Below, in pieces: positions 20,468 to 31,721 of a stretch of DNA of 64,000 nt; position 1 is the stretch's first letter, and every line of letters starts with the position of its first letter. The notes under the pieces were generated by a model. The model had not been told where the DNA came from, did no database searches, and saw only the letters and a list, made by a program, of their open reading frames with translations. The position numbers were made by a program, and so were the translations under genes. Source of the DNA: a bacterium (GTDB taxonomy: Bacteria > UBP15 > UBA6099 > JAJRTR01); assembly GCA_024278215.1 (NCBI GenBank), contig JAJRTR010000138.1, positions 3,747 to 67,746 of the forward strand, written 5' to 3'.

Positions 20468-23400
20468 TCATGAATCTGCATGACCGGCCTGATCATTCGG
20501 AACAACATTCAGTGTCAACTCGATGAATTTTCCGTTGTCCCTCGCGTGTTTTATTGTGCCCGCGTCTACTATTTCACCTTTTTTAACGACGCATACTCCA
20601 TCGTCTGTTACTATGTCTCCTGCACATTTTTTTCCTATTATCTTCTTCTCGAGTTCTTTACCTACGAATCTTGCAATCTGTTCTTCATTAGCAGATTCGG
20701 GCAGTCCTTCCGCAGTGCGTGCGAGAATTTTCGGGTCCATCAGCAGCCTGACAACTCCGATGCCCCGCAACTGCGCGACTATACTTTCGGTAATCGTATC
20801 TCTGAAATCGTCAAACTGTTTCCTGTTCGTTTGTTCCTCGTCGCCCGGTATCAGTTCGATCAGGTCCTCAAGCATATCGTCCCGCATTTCTTCTGTTGCC
20901 TTTTTGACGAGTTCCACGACCTTGCTTTCGTCTATCCCCCGAGTCTGTGGTTTTTCAGCCGTTGCTTTCTCCAGCATTTCTTCGACATGATTTTCAACAG
21001 ATTCGAGTATTTCCGATTTCATCTTTTCGCTATCTGGAATTTCGGTTTTATCGACACTTGACTTCTCAAGCAGTTCAAGCCGGGATTCGACCTGCTGTTT
21101 TATTTCCGCAAGTCCGGAGTTGAACGTATCGCGGTCAATCAACGGAAGCGTCGATAGTTTCGCCTCAAGCTCCGCCTCAACAACACTGGACAATTCAGCA
21201 ATTTTCGAATCTATTTCCTTTCCTAATTCCGCTATTGAATCAGCCAGTTTCTCGTTATCCTTTTCAAATGTGTTTTCAGCATTCCGTATTTTTTCATCAA
21301 TAGCTTTCAACTCCGCGCTTTGTTCCTTATTATCGAATCTCGACATCAGGGCCGTTTCCGTCGAGACGATTTTTTCATTCAGCATGGACTCGAATTCGGC
21401 TCGCAGATTCTTGAACTCATCCTGTATCGGGAGGTTTTCAAAACGGTTCTGCAACTCTTTCACTCGCTGTTCGAAGCCAGCGGCGAGTGATTCCTTCTGC
21501 GAGAGCGATTCCTCATGCGACTTTCGAAGCTCCTGCTTCAAAGCATCAATTTCCGCCAATGCTCTCTCATGTACGTCGCCGAGACGTGACAGGAGGCTTT
21601 CCATTATTTCTTTCCGGAGGCTTTCGAGATCATCCGGGGCCGCTGTTTTTTCGATTCTCGCCTGCAACGCTTCGATGTCAGGCACCATAGACAGCCCGGC
21701 GTCAAGCCTGTCCTCGATTTCGGCTATCTTTCGGCCTTCCTTCTCCTCATATTCCGAAAGCCTTTTTTCCTGTTCTTCTCTCAGTGATTCGAGCAGTTCA
21801 TCTATCCGGCCACGATCCGCAGACTCATCTATTCTCTCTCTGCAATACTTTTTCAACCTTGCGGATTGTTCTTCGAGGGCTTCTTCGAAGTCCGCCTTCA
21901 CCGTTAATTCGCGAATCGCAAATTCAAATCTTTCGGCCGATACGAACCTTTCGGCGGCAGATTCAATATCTGATAATCTCTTCCGTATCGCCCCTATGCT
22001 TTCGACAGACATTTCGTCGGCAGTTCTCCGGAAATCTTCGTACCCCTCATGGAACAGAGCTGAAAGCCGGTCGTCCACTTCATTAACATTTTCTTTCAAT
22101 TCGTCAATTGTTTCTCTTGCTGCTTTATCAATATTATTTTTCTGTTGTTCAAACTCCAGTTTCATCTTTTCTTCGAACGCCGGCAATCGCTTCTGAATTT
22201 CTTCTTTAATATCCTCTGCCTGTGAAGAAATATCCTGAAGTGCCTGCTCTTTAACCTTCAAGAGTTCTTCCGCATCGGGAATACTCTTCAAATTATCGGA
22301 AATCCGTCGAATATTTTCATCAAAGCCCGAAAGCCTTTGTTCAAGTTCACTGTTGTTCAGTATAGAAGATAACTTTTCTTCGAGTTCGGCCCGCAGTGCG
22401 GCAATTTCCGCCTCATTTCTTTCATTATTGCCGGACACCATTTCTTCGAGTCTTCCTGCCAGTTCGTTTCCACGTTCGCCAATAGTGTTGATTTCTCCTC
22501 GCAGGGACTGCCCCAGCGTATCCGCCGAATTCCGCATTGCGAATTTCAGCCTTGATTCGAGGTCGACAAGTCGCGAGTCATAAGAATCGCTAAGCCCGTC
22601 GATAGATTTTCTGTAATCCGCAAAGAGGGTATCTATTTCATTTCTAAAGTCATTTTTCACTTCCTCGAAGTCGCCGGCTGAAAAGAAATCAGTTGCTTTG
22701 TTTTCGATTTCCTCGAATACTTTGCGCGAAAGCTCTTTGAACTCAGCATTTGAGGCATCTACTCTTTTATTCAGAGCGGAAATGATCTCATCTATTTCGC
22801 TCCCTGTTTTAAAAGCGGCAAGCGCTTCCCGCAGAGCCGGGTTTGTGACTGTATCTTCCATCTTTCTTTCAATATCTTCAGAAAGATCAGCAGCAAGTTT
22901 TTCGAAACTTGTGTTGAATTCCGTCAACTCTTCTCTTACGCTGCTCATAGCGCCGTCGATTTTTTCTTCGACTTCCGATTTTATGTCCTCGTAGAGTTCC
23001 CGTTCCTTTCGGGAAATCAGTTCGCGAAGGCTCTGTAATTCTTCAGCACGCGGCACACTCTCTGCCAGATCGGCAATCTCGTTTTTCAACACTCCGAAAT
23101 GAGAGCGCAATTCTTTGAACTCATCGTAAGTAACCCTGTCGTTAAGTGCCTGATCGAGTTTTTTGTCTATAAACTCCGGCAATGTTTCGACCTGGCTCCG
23201 GACGTCTTCATAACCTTCAAGAAAAAGTGCCGTCAGCCGTTCGTCAAGTTCCAGAACCGCTCCGTTCAATTCCGACTTTATGGATTCGACATTAATATTA
23301 TTTATGGATTCTTTAAGTGCCGATAATGTCTCTTCCGTTTTAGTTCTTTGTTCATCCATGCCGCACCGGACATTCTCCAGTGCTTCATCAATTTCAGATT

Positions 23401-24214
23401 TTTTTTCCTCCAGTTGCGCAAACTGTTGTTTCAGTTTCTGCTCGGTTTCCTGTTTCAGCGTGTCGGTTGTTTTACTTATAAGCGACTGTAAATACTCATC
23501 ATCTATCCCTTCGAAGCTTTTCTTCAGCAATGCTATTTCATCCGCGTAATCATTTCCAAGGGACTCGACTTTTGCTGTCAGGTTCTCGACGACCGCCTCG
23601 ATATCGGCTTTTCCGGCTTCGAACGCCTCCTTCTGAGCCGGCAACTCGGACAATATTTTTTCCGTTACGGCACGGTTTTTCTCGACAAGTTCATTCTCCC
23701 GCATGATGTCGTCGTGAAATTCTCTGCGCAAATCGGCGGCAAGCGAATCGAGCGTTTCTGCGGTTCTCTTTTCGAATGTCTCGATCCTGTCCGCAATCGC
23801 ACTGATTCTCACATCTGTATCTTCATTCAGCGCCTTCTCGATGTTGCTGATCTCGTCTGATGCGGCATCCCTGAGTTTTTCAATTTTCTCAGCAAGCGCA
23901 ATGTTGTCATTTTTTATGTCGTCAATTTGTCTGTTTGCCGCAGAAGAAGACTCTCCGATTTTTCTGTCTATTTCCTCGAATAATACTTCCTGCAGTGTTT
24001 CGAGTTCGCTCGTATCCGATTTCGAGTTATTCAGTTCGTTTATTTTCGAATCGACCGCATTCATAAAGACGTCTATTTCATCTTTAAATGTAAGACTTTC
24101 GATTCTGCTATCGATTAAGTTCTTCACGTCGTCGCCGGAAGGAATATCGGATAATTTTTTTTCAAGCAGTTCCAGTGCAGAGAGATTAACCGTCGCTATG
24201 TCCTGTTTTAGCAA
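20468..24214 (-). CDS. Long acidic coiled-coil protein; probably the 3' part of the PRC-barrel gene interrupted by an in-frame TAA
   Basis: 1248-aa heptad-rich ORF in the same frame as 24224-26023; TTG start without an obvious RBS; small C-terminal globular domain (IIGKKCAGDIVTDDG...KFIELTLNV). Confidence 0.7.
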   Translation of the reverse strand: MLKQDIATVNLSALELLEKKLSDIPSGDDVKNLIDSRIESLTFKDEIDVFMNAVDSKINELNNSKSDTSELETLQEVLFEEIDRKIGESSSAANRQIDDIKNDNIALAEKIEKLRDAASDEISNIEKALNEDTDVRISAIADRIETFEKRTAETLDSLAADLRREFHDDIMRENELVEKNRAVTEKILSELPAQKEAFEAGKADIEAVVENLTAKVESLGNDYADEIALLKKSFEGIDDEYLQSLISKTTDTLKQETEQKLKQQFAQLEEKKSEIDEALENVRCGMDEQRTKTEETLSALKESINNINVESIKSELNGAVLELDERLTALFLEGYEDVRSQVETLPEFIDKKLDQALNDRVTYDEFKELRSHFGVLKNEIADLAESVPRAEELQSLRELISRKERELYEDIKSEVEEKIDGAMSSVREELTEFNTSFEKLAADLSEDIERKMEDTVTNPALREALAAFKTGSEIDEIISALNKRVDASNAEFKELSRKVFEEIENKATDFFSAGDFEEVKNDFRNEIDTLFADYRKSIDGLSDSYDSRLVDLESRLKFAMRNSADTLGQSLRGEINTIGERGNELAGRLEEMVSGNNERNEAEIAALRAELEEKLSSILNNSELEQRLSGFDENIRRISDNLKSIPDAEELLKVKEQALQDISSQAEDIKEEIQKRLPAFEEKMKLEFEQQKNNIDKAARETIDELKENVNEVDDRLSALFHEGYEDFRRTADEMSVESIGAIRKRLSDIESAAERFVSAERFEFAIRELTVKADFEEALEEQSARLKKYCRERIDESADRGRIDELLESLREEQEKRLSEYEEKEGRKIAEIEDRLDAGLSMVPDIEALQARIEKTAAPDDLESLRKEIMESLLSRLGDVHERALAEIDALKQELRKSHEESLSQKESLAAGFEQRVKELQNRFENLPIQDEFKNLRAEFESMLNEKIVSTETALMSRFDNKEQSAELKAIDEKIRNAENTFEKDNEKLADSIAELGKEIDSKIAELSSVVEAELEAKLSTLPLIDRDTFNSGLAEIKQQVESRLELLEKSSVDKTEIPDSEKMKSEILESVENHVEEMLEKATAEKPQTRGIDESKVVELVKKATEEMRDDMLEDLIELIPGDEEQTNRKQFDDFRDTITESIVAQLRGIGVVRLLMDPKILARTAEGLPESANEEQIARFVGKELEKKIIGKKCAGDIVTDDGVCVVKKGEIVDAGTIKHARDNGKFIELTLNVVPNDQAGHADS

Positions 24215-24223
24215 GTCTACATT

Positions 24224-26023
24224 TTAGAGTATTTCCGCCTTGAGTTCACCTGTCATCCGCTCGGCTTCCCGGACCGCTTCCCGGACTGCTTCCCGGCGTG
24301 TTTCTATCAGTTGTTCCGGCTCGAACATCTGTTCGACGCGTTCTTCAATACGTGCTCCTTTTTTCTCCAACTCGTTAAAAGATTTGTCGAGTGTTTCCTT
24401 TATCTCGTTTATTCTTGCTACAAGTTCATGATGCTCCGGTATGAGCACCCGGTCGATACGTTCTTCAACCTGCGCGGTACGTTTACGCAGTTTTTTCGAG
24501 GCATCGTTTACTTCTTTTTCGATTTCAGTGACACGGGATTCGAGATGCAGACCGATGTCTTCCGCTTTTTTTTGTACGTCGCCGAGTATAGTAAGTAATT
24601 CGGCGGCGGTTTCCCTGCGGAGGTCATCGGCGAGTTTCAAGGATTCGCTGATGACTTTTTTTCTTGTTTCTTCGAGTTCGGACGGTTTTACGATTTCTTT
24701 CAGGCGTTCCTTTAGCGCCCCTGTCGTTTTGAAAAGGGCAGCGATGGAATCTTTCAATACATTTATGTCTTCCGCGGGTACCGCCGGAAGCGCAAGCGCC
24801 GTACTATCAGGCGGCGGCGCGGGGATTCTTTTTCCCGCCTCCTGCACAGCTCGCTGGAGTTTTCTCTCGGCATCCTTTATCGAAGCCTCGATGGTCATAA
24901 TGCGGGTTTCGAGTTTGTCCTCAATTTCCGTTCGGACAAAAGAGACCGTATCGTTCATTCTGCTCAATCTTCGCTCGATGCCGGTCGCCATTTTTTTCTC
25001 GATGTGTGCAAGCGCCTCATCGAGTTTCTTTTTGTCGACAGGTTCGATTTTTTCTTTTGCCGTGTCCAGTCTTATGCGATCGACGACAGCGTGCAATTCC
25101 GACCTGAGACTGCCGCGGAGCGATTCTATATCATTTCTTAAGGCGTCACACGTTGATTTCAAATCGTCGGCGGAGACAAAATCATGCGTGGTATCGAAAA
25201 AAACTTTTCTGAAAGAATCGAGCGTTTCCTGGAGATTGTTTTCGTGATAGTGCTTTATTTCATCGCGAAGAAGTCCTGAAAGTTCAGACTGCATCTGTTC
25301 TTTTTCGTGCGCGAGAAAGAATTGTTTGTGATCCATGGCAAGCTGTTCTTTGAGGTTCACGCGCAGTTTTTCGAGTTCTTCGCGCATACGCTCGCTGAGC
25401 GCTTTTCGCCATTCGGTCTCTTCAAGAACAAGAGGCACCAGCGATTTTCCGCCGAGCGCGCGGCCCGTGGGGTCATCCCTGTGGTAGCTGGGTTTCAGAC
25501 CTGCTTTCAGGAGTACCCGCTTCTGCTCGACCCGTTCGACTTCGCTGAAGGGGACCGAGGCCCTGAAGGGCGACATGAAACCCGAGTCGTTTGTGATGCT
25601 GATAAGTTGCAGACTGCCGGAATCGACGCTTATTGAAACATCTTTAACGAATCCAAGGAGTTTATCATCGCCGACGGTATATACTTCGGAACCGAGAATG
25701 AGAATGTCCTGCTCGAACAGAGACATAAGTTCCGGTACGGAAGTCAGGTCGGAGATTGCATCCGAACAGGAAAGGGTGACGGCAAAACTGCCGAAACTGC
25801 TCACGGCGGTATATGGCACCACCCGCACACCACGATCACCCTTTCTCGTGGTGAGTACAAAAGCAGCGAGCCGTTCTTCCTTATAGTCGATGAGGAAACT
25901 GCCCACCGAGCCGAGTTCCCGCCCGTCCTTTATGCTCACAACAGGCAGGTTCCTCAATTCGGACAGGTTTTTGTATCCCCGCATTATCTTCAATGTTCCT
26001 GAATCAGGGTCTTTGATTTTCAA
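24224..26023 (-). CDS. PRC-barrel domain protein with coiled-coil extension (5' part)
   Basis: LSELRNLPVVSIKDGRELGSVGSFLID and ILGSEVYTVGDDKLLGFVKDV tandem PRC-barrel motifs; GAGG RBS. Confidence 0.8.
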   Translation of the reverse strand: MKIKDPDSGTLKIMRGYKNLSELRNLPVVSIKDGRELGSVGSFLIDYKEERLAAFVLTTRKGDRGVRVVPYTAVSSFGSFAVTLSCSDAISDLTSVPELMSLFEQDILILGSEVYTVGDDKLLGFVKDVSISVDSGSLQLISITNDSGFMSPFRASVPFSEVERVEQKRVLLKAGLKPSYHRDDPTGRALGGKSLVPLVLEETEWRKALSERMREELEKLRVNLKEQLAMDHKQFFLAHEKEQMQSELSGLLRDEIKHYHENNLQETLDSFRKVFFDTTHDFVSADDLKSTCDALRNDIESLRGSLRSELHAVVDRIRLDTAKEKIEPVDKKKLDEALAHIEKKMATGIERRLSRMNDTVSFVRTEIEDKLETRIMTIEASIKDAERKLQRAVQEAGKRIPAPPPDSTALALPAVPAEDINVLKDSIAALFKTTGALKERLKEIVKPSELEETRKKVISESLKLADDLRRETAAELLTILGDVQKKAEDIGLHLESRVTEIEKEVNDASKKLRKRTAQVEERIDRVLIPEHHELVARINEIKETLDKSFNELEKKGARIEERVEQMFEPEQLIETRREAVREAVREAERMTGELKAEIL

Positions 26024-26402
26024 TACCTCTTTATACTGTCACATTCACATGTACATATTCGCAGTAACACGTATGCTGCCATTGCTGTTTAAGTTATTAC
26101 TAAACCGCTTGTGCATTTTGAATGTTCAAACCATTCACAGAACACACAGTTCAGTTATTAAGTTATTATTATATCAAAACGACATGCAATCAGGAAGAGA
26201 TGACTTAACATAGGGTGTGCCCTACCCTCCTGTCGACATTTCAAAATGGATATGTCGCAGAATCTGTGGGTTTTGCTTCGAGCCGGGTTTACCACAGAGT
26301 CTATCTTTGATCCCTGCACTCCGAAAGTAATCCGGAACACCTTTGACTACTGCGCCGCAATGATATATTGTATATAAAATTCCTTATTCCCGGGAGGGTA
26401 AA

Positions 26403-26948
26403 ATGGCGGCAAAAGTGAGATTGTTGTGTGGAATTATCGGTATAGCGTTTTTCATCACGCTGGCAGGCTGCTCGGGCAGCGGCAAGACGGATGTGTCGGT
26501 AGACAAAGACGGCAAGAAGATCGAGATACACAATAAGGCCGACGGACAGAATGTCGACATCAAAGTCGACGGCAACAAACAGACTGTCGTTATCAAAGAC
26601 GGCAACAAGACATCTACTGTAAAGATAAACAAAGGTGTCGACAAAAAGAGATACGGCGACTTGCTGTATCCCGGCGCTGAAGTCAAGGACGGCGGCAGTG
26701 TCGAAGGCCGGGGCGAAGAAGCCGGCAACTTCGGTGGCGCTGTTTTCATCACGAGTGACTCCGTCGATAAAGTCTCGGCTTACTACAAAAAGAAGATGAA
26801 AGATGCCATGATCATGGACCAGAGAGCAATGACCGGAGTTATCACATATATGAAACACGATAAATCAAAGATCACCAACGTATCAATAAAGAAATCGGAT
26901 GAAGATAAAGGTAAGACTGAAATCATTATCACTTTCGTAGAGCAATGA
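26403..26948 (+). CDS. Hypothetical lipoprotein
   Basis: GGAGG RBS, signal peptide with LAGC lipobox, LYPGA motif, DKVSAYYKKKM. Confidence 0.8.
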   Translation: MAAKVRLLCGIIGIAFFITLAGCSGSGKTDVSVDKDGKKIEIHNKADGQNVDIKVDGNKQTVVIKDGNKTSTVKINKGVDKKRYGDLLYPGAEVKDGGSVEGRGEEAGNFGGAVFITSDSVDKVSAYYKKKMKDAMIMDQRAMTGVITYMKHDKSKITNVSIKKSDEDKGKTEIIITFVEQ

Positions 26949-27049
26949 CACGCGGTATCCGGAAATGATTCGGAGTTCGGAAAAGACTTTTCCATCGTTC
27001 CCAGGGGCCAGCCTGGGAACACCGGAAACCGGAAGCGCCGGCGGTCTCC

Positions 27050-27691
27050 TTACACGCCCCGGCTCAGTTTTATCCATTCGGGGATGCCGAAGTTTTTCTC
27101 GGATCGTTTCGATTTCAACCGTTTCTGCTCCATGAAACCCTCGGAGTGGTACAGCCTGCGGGCGGCATGATTACCAGCGGCAACCCAGAGCGACAACTGC
27201 TTTTTACCTGCTTCCGAGGCGAAGGTTTTGCCATGCCTGATAAGGGCGCGTGCGACACCCTGTCTCCTGAACTTTTCGCCGACCGCGAGGTGCGATATGC
27301 AGCACTCCCGTGGCGCTATGGGCCGACCGAGCAGCGAGAGAAGATACATCGCCCTGAAACCGCGTCCGAGGCCGAGCGCGGATAGATATATCGAGATCAT
27401 ATCGCCGTCGGACACGAGAGGGGTGTCCAGCGAGATGAGTTCGACTATTCCGGCGATCTCGCCGCCGGTGCAGGCGACAAAAAAGTTGCCTGCCCGGCCC
27501 CGCAGGCTCATTTCCTCCTGAATAATACGCCGCATGGCTGTCTCATCGTTGCCGCACAGCGCAGAATACTTGTCGCGAAACGACTCCAGCACAAGCTCCG
27601 AAACTGCACGCAGGTCTTCAGTTCTCTTTTTTCTGATCTCTATACTGTCCAGCATTCGTTCATAACCCGTTTTCGCAAACTGTTCCGGCAT
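27050..27691 (-). CDS. GNAT family N-acetyltransferase
   Basis: LAVGEKFRRQGVA (acetyl-CoA motif A), NHAARRLYHSEGF. Confidence 0.88.
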   Translation of the reverse strand: MPEQFAKTGYERMLDSIEIRKKRTEDLRAVSELVLESFRDKYSALCGNDETAMRRIIQEEMSLRGRAGNFFVACTGGEIAGIVELISLDTPLVSDGDMISIYLSALGLGRGFRAMYLLSLLGRPIAPRECCISHLAVGEKFRRQGVARALIRHGKTFASEAGKKQLSLWVAAGNHAARRLYHSEGFMEQKRLKSKRSEKNFGIPEWIKLSRGV

Positions 27692-27806
27692 TTTCTGTTT
27701 GGATATTATAATCAGCGGAAACCATAAGGGTATAGCAGCGCTTTTAGTTTTACAAGTACCGGACCGGGATCCCTCACGAACAGGTGATTTTTATATTCGT
27801 GATTTA

Positions 27807-27842
27807 TATCCTGTAGCAATTTACAGGATAGTGTCCTATAAT
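27807..27842 (+). promoter_or_regulatory. clpC promoter region with perfect inverted repeat
   Basis: TATCCTGTA-N6-TACAGGATA (27807-27830) just upstream of TATAAT (27837-27842). Confidence 0.5.
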
Positions 27843-27944
27843 TAGAAAGGATAATTGTAAAATTTATTCAGGCAAAGCCGATCACAGCCCGCATTGGTGA
27901 AATCCGCGGGTTGACTACAGACGATACGGGAAGGTAATAAGAAC

Positions 27945-30443
27945 ATGTGGGACAAATTCACCGAACATGCCAGGCGTGTGATTATTCTCGCGCAGGGCAA
28001 GGCCGAAGAACTGAATAACAGTTATGTCGACACGGAGCATATCCTGTATGCGCTGTTGCAGGACAAGGACAGTTTCGCTGTGAAAGTTCTCGCCGGTCTT
28101 GGAGTGGACCCAAATGAGGTAACGGAATCCATCACCGAACTCTTTGTATCGGAGCGCCGGAGCAAAACAAAAGACATAGCGTTCACGCCGAGTTCGAAGC
28201 GTGTGCTCGAGCTGGCGTTCGAGGAAGCGCGCGGACTGGGCCATGCGCACATCGGCACCGAACACCTGTTGCTGGGGCTGGTACGCGAGGGTGAAGGAAT
28301 CGCCGCGCGCGTGCTGCGCGATAAAGCCGTCGCCATCGACAAAGCGCGCCAGCAGGTGATAAATCTTCTCGAGGGCGATCCCATCTCGCCTTCTGTCGCT
28401 AAAAAGAAAAAATCCCGCACATCGTTCCTCGACGAATTCAGCCGGGACCTGACCGATCTCGCCCGCAACAACAAGCTCGACCCTGTTGTAGGCCGCGACA
28501 TCGAGATCGAGCGCGTCATGCAGATTCTCAGCAAACGAACAAAGAACAACCCCGTGCTGATAGGCGATCCCGGCGTCGGCAAAACAGCAATTGTCGAAGG
28601 ACTTTCCCAACTCATCGTCAACAGGGAAGTGCCGAGCATTTTGTACGAAAAGCGCGTCCTTTCGCTCGACCTTGCAAGCCTCGTGGCGGGCACAAAGTAC
28701 AGGGGCGAATTCGAGGAACGTCTTAAGAGAGTTGTCAACGAGATATATCAGTCTAAGGGCGACATAATACTTTTTATCGACGAACTCCACACGATTATCG
28801 GCGCGGGCGCCGCGGAAGGCGCTATCGACGCTTCCAACATCCTGAAACCCGCACTGGCACGCGGCGAACTCCAGTGCATCGGCGCGACTACCTACGACGA
28901 ATACAAAAAACACATCGAAAAAAGCGCGGCGCTCGAACGCCGCTTCCAGCCGGTGATTGTGAAGGAACCGACCATCGAGGAGACGGTCGAGATACTGCTG
29001 GGACTGCGCGACCGCTACGAAGCACACCACAGGGTGACCATTACCGACGAGGCACTTCTCGCTTCGGCACGTCTCGCCAGCAGGTACATACAGGACAGGT
29101 TCCTGCCGGACAAGGCTATCGACCTGATGGACGAGGCGGCCGCACGCCAGAAGATCAAACATTGCATCTCTCCGCCGAACCTGAAGGAACTGGAAGAAGA
29201 ACTCGACAAAGTGCGCAACGAGAAAAACGCCGCGGTAATGGCGCAGCAGTTCGAAAAAGCCGCTTCCATGCGCGACAGGGAACGGGAACTCGAGGAGAAG
29301 CTCAAAGAGGAATCCTCGGTATGGCAGTCGTCCTCGGACTCCGCGCACCTTACGATTACCGAAGATGAAATATCCGAAATTGTATATATGTGGACTTCCA
29401 TACCGGTCTCGAAGATGAAAGAAGAAGAAACAACAAAGCTTATGGAGATGGAAGACAAGCTCAAAAAACGGATCGTCGGCCAGGATATGGCTGTGAACAC
29501 AATATCAAAAGCGATACGCCGCGCTCGTGTCGGGCTCAAAGATGCCGGACGGCCCATGGGTTGTTTCTTCTTCGCAGGTCCCACGGGTGTCGGAAAAACA
29601 GAACTTGCAAAAGTGCTCGCGGATTTCCTCTTCGGCGACGAAAGCGCAATCATACGCATCGACATGTCGGAGTATATGGAGAAAGCGGCGGTGTCGCGGC
29701 TTGTAGGAGCGCCTCCCGGCTATGTCGGTTTCGAGGAAGGCGGCCAGCTGAGCGACGCTGTGCGCAGGAAACCTTATTCCGTCGTGCTGCTCGACGAGAT
29801 CGAAAAAGCACACCCCGAAGTATTCAACTTGCTGCTCCAGATCATGGAAGACGGGAACCTCACAGACTCACATGGCCGGAAAGTCAGCTTCAAACACTCG
29901 ATTGTCATCATGACGACAAATGTCGGCGCGGAACTCTTTTCTACCGACAGCGGCATGGGATTCCGCACAAATAAGCAACCGGCGGAAGACGAGGCGAGCC
30001 TCCAGCGCGAATACGAAAACATGAAGGAAAAAATATCGAAAGAACTGAAAAAATCGTTCCGCCCCGAGTTCCTGAATCGTGTGGATGAGACACTGTATTT
30101 CCGCGCGCTCGACAGGTCCGACATTGCGGCCATCGTGCTGCTTTTTGTCGATATGCTCGCCAAACGTGTCGAAAGCAGGGGCTACAAACTGCTTGTCGGC
30201 GACGACGTGATCGACATGATAGCCGAGAAGGGCTACGACCCCGCAAACGGAGCCCGCCCGGTGCGCCGCCTCGTGCAGCGCTACATCGAAGACCCGCTCT
30301 CTGAAAAAATGCTGCTGAACAAGTTCGCTGAAGGTGAAACGCTAATCGTTGGTCTGGACGGCGAAGATGTTGTCATCAGCAGTAAACCGGTGCCGGAAGT
30401 CAAGATTAAAAAAGAAGAAAAAGTCGAGCTCAAGGCTGAATAG
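27945..30443 (+). CDS. clpC: ATP-dependent Clp protease ATP-binding subunit ClpC
   Basis: Two Clp-N repeats, Walker A GDPGVGKT and [11 protein letters not shown]-like middle domain, MGF ClpP-docking loop. Confidence 0.96.
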   Translation: MWDKFTEHARRVIILAQGKAEELNNSYVDTEHILYALLQDKDSFAVKVLAGLGVDPNEVTESITELFVSERRSKTKDIAFTPSSKRVLELAFEEARGLGHAHIGTEHLLLGLVREGEGIAARVLRDKAVAIDKARQQVINLLEGDPISPSVAKKKKSRTSFLDEFSRDLTDLARNNKLDPVVGRDIEIERVMQILSKRTKNNPVLIGDPGVGKTAIVEGLSQLIVNREVPSILYEKRVLSLDLASLVAGTKYRGEFEERLKRVVNEIYQSKGDIILFIDELHTIIGAGAAEGAIDASNILKPALARGELQCIGATTYDEYKKHIEKSAALERRFQPVIVKEPTIEETVEILLGLRDRYEAHHRVTITDEALLASARLASRYIQDRFLPDKAIDLMDEAAARQKIKHCISPPNLKELEEELDKVRNEKNAAVMAQQFEKAASMRDRERELEEKLKEESSVWQSSSDSAHLTITEDEISEIVYMWTSIPVSKMKEEETTKLMEMEDKLKKRIVGQDMAVNTISKAIRRARVGLKDAGRPMGCFFFAGPTGVGKTELAKVLADFLFGDESAIIRIDMSEYMEKAAVSRLVGAPPGYVGFEEGGQLSDAVRRKPYSVVLLDEIEKAHPEVFNLLLQIMEDGNLTDSHGRKVSFKHSIVIMTTNVGAELFSTDSGMGFRTNKQPAEDEASLQREYENMKEKISKELKKSFRPEFLNRVDETLYFRALDRSDIAAIVLLFVDMLAKRVESRGYKLLVGDDVIDMIAEKGYDPANGARPVRRLVQRYIEDPLSEKMLLNKFAEGETLIVGLDGEDVVISSKPVPEVKIKKEEKVELKAE

Positions 30444-30742
30444 CTTAAGAAAATGCAGGGAAAGAACCTGCGCCGCGCTCCTTCGCCGCGAGAGGTGCCG
30501 CAAGGCGCTTCACTATGTGTCGTTTCCGTGACATTACATCGTACCGGGGGGCCTTTTTCACGACCCGGTACGCACAGACCGAACACCCCGGCTCGACTCG
30601 TTTCACTGATCCATGCCAACAACAACATCCAGTCGCGAACAGCAAAAAATGCCCATATCCACAGAGAGGTCTGACATTTTTCATCAGGCTTCTCGAAATA
30701 TATACCATAATTCGATTTTTAACATTTTGTTTTCGGAATAAA

Positions 30743-30771
30743 TTGACAATTCACTCAACTGTTGCTATAAT
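30743..30771 (+). promoter_or_regulatory. Consensus sigma70/SigA promoter of carD
   Basis: TTGACA-17 bp-TATAAT with a TG extended -10. Confidence 0.8.
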
Positions 30772-30845
30772 CTTAAGCATGTTGAAAGTATCCCCGGCAT
30801 TTACAAATCACACTTCTGAATCAAATTTAACCTAGGGGGCAGTAT

Positions 30846-31325
30846 ATGCATCGTATCGGCGACAAGATTTTGCATCCTCTACACGGAGTTGGTGTCATTG
30901 AAGGCATCACTGAAGAAGAAGTACTCGGTCAGAACCGGAAGTACTACATTGTCAACCTGAGCATGAAAAGGATGACAGTGATGGTTCCGGTAGAACAGGC
31001 GGAAGAGATCGGTGTCCGCAAAATCACTAAATCGCATGAACTCGAAGAAATGATCGAGATATTAAAAGTGAAAACGATATCTCAAATGCCGACAAACTGG
31101 AACAGGCGCTACAAGTTCAACCTCGACAAGATCAAGACCGGCGACATCAAAGAATACGCTGAAGTGTTCAGAAATCTGAGTCTCAAAGAACAGAAAAAGG
31201 GCCTTTCGATGGGCGAGAAGAAAATGCTCGAAAACGTAAAGTCGCTCATCGTCGGAGAAATTGCCTGCGCAAAGAATATGGACCTCAAAAAAGCCTCAGC
31301 ATATATTGACGAAGCTGTCCATTAA
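30846..31325 (+). CDS. carD: CarD family transcription factor
   Basis: IGDKILHPLHGVGVI, VMVPV, NWNRRYK (conserved Trp), LSMGEKKML. Confidence 0.95.
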   Translation: MHRIGDKILHPLHGVGVIEGITEEEVLGQNRKYYIVNLSMKRMTVMVPVEQAEEIGVRKITKSHELEEMIEILKVKTISQMPTNWNRRYKFNLDKIKTGDIKEYAEVFRNLSLKEQKKGLSMGEKKMLENVKSLIVGEIACAKNMDLKKASAYIDEAVH

Positions 31326-31362
31326 GTTTTCTCCCGGAAACACAGGCAATATGAAAACAACC

Positions 31363-31387
31363 ACCCGCTCGAAAGAGCGGGTTTTTT
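31363..31387 (+). terminator. Intrinsic terminator after carD
   Basis: ACCCGCTC-GAAA-GAGCGGGT followed by a T-run. Confidence 0.85.
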
Positions 31388-31436
31388 ATATTTTATGCAG
31401 AACATGTGCGTTTTACAACGGCTATGGCACGGTTTT

Positions 31437-31549
31437 CCGGATTCCTTTGTGAGAAATCCGGGGTAGAACTGAATTTTGCAATTGGCTCATACGTATGCAA
31501 TTCTAAATAATAAATGCAATATCCCGCGTATTTCACCAATGCGGGTTAA
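31437..31549. repeat. Cluster of MITE B and MITE A end fragments
   Basis: CCGGATTCCTTTGTGAGAAATCCGGG (B end), AATTTTGCAATTGGCTC at 31472-31488 (A end), CCCGCGTATTTCACCAATGCGGGTTAA (collapsed B). Confidence 0.65.
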
Positions 31550-31721
31550 ATCTCTCTTCCATTGCCCGGCTTGTTGTTATAATGAATGTGAAGTAAAGTG
31601 CCTTGCCGTCGAAATCACACGGGAGCAGTTCGGCACATTATTTCATGTCGTTCACAGAAGCCTTTATTTCCGAACCTCTTTTCAAAACCCCCTCGAACAG
31701 TTAGCATAAACAGGTATTACC

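Noticed and set aside
24224-24226. Selenocysteine, pyrrolysine or alternative genetic code at the internal stop
   Set aside because: The codon is TAA, and TAA, TAG and TGA all end genes normally elsewhere in the window
27915-29348. 477-aa antisense ORF over clpC, and similar ORFs at 13630-14919, 37096-38265, 21120-22196 and 40109-40984
   Set aside because: Shadow ORFs opposite well-supported genes, with no recognisable motifs
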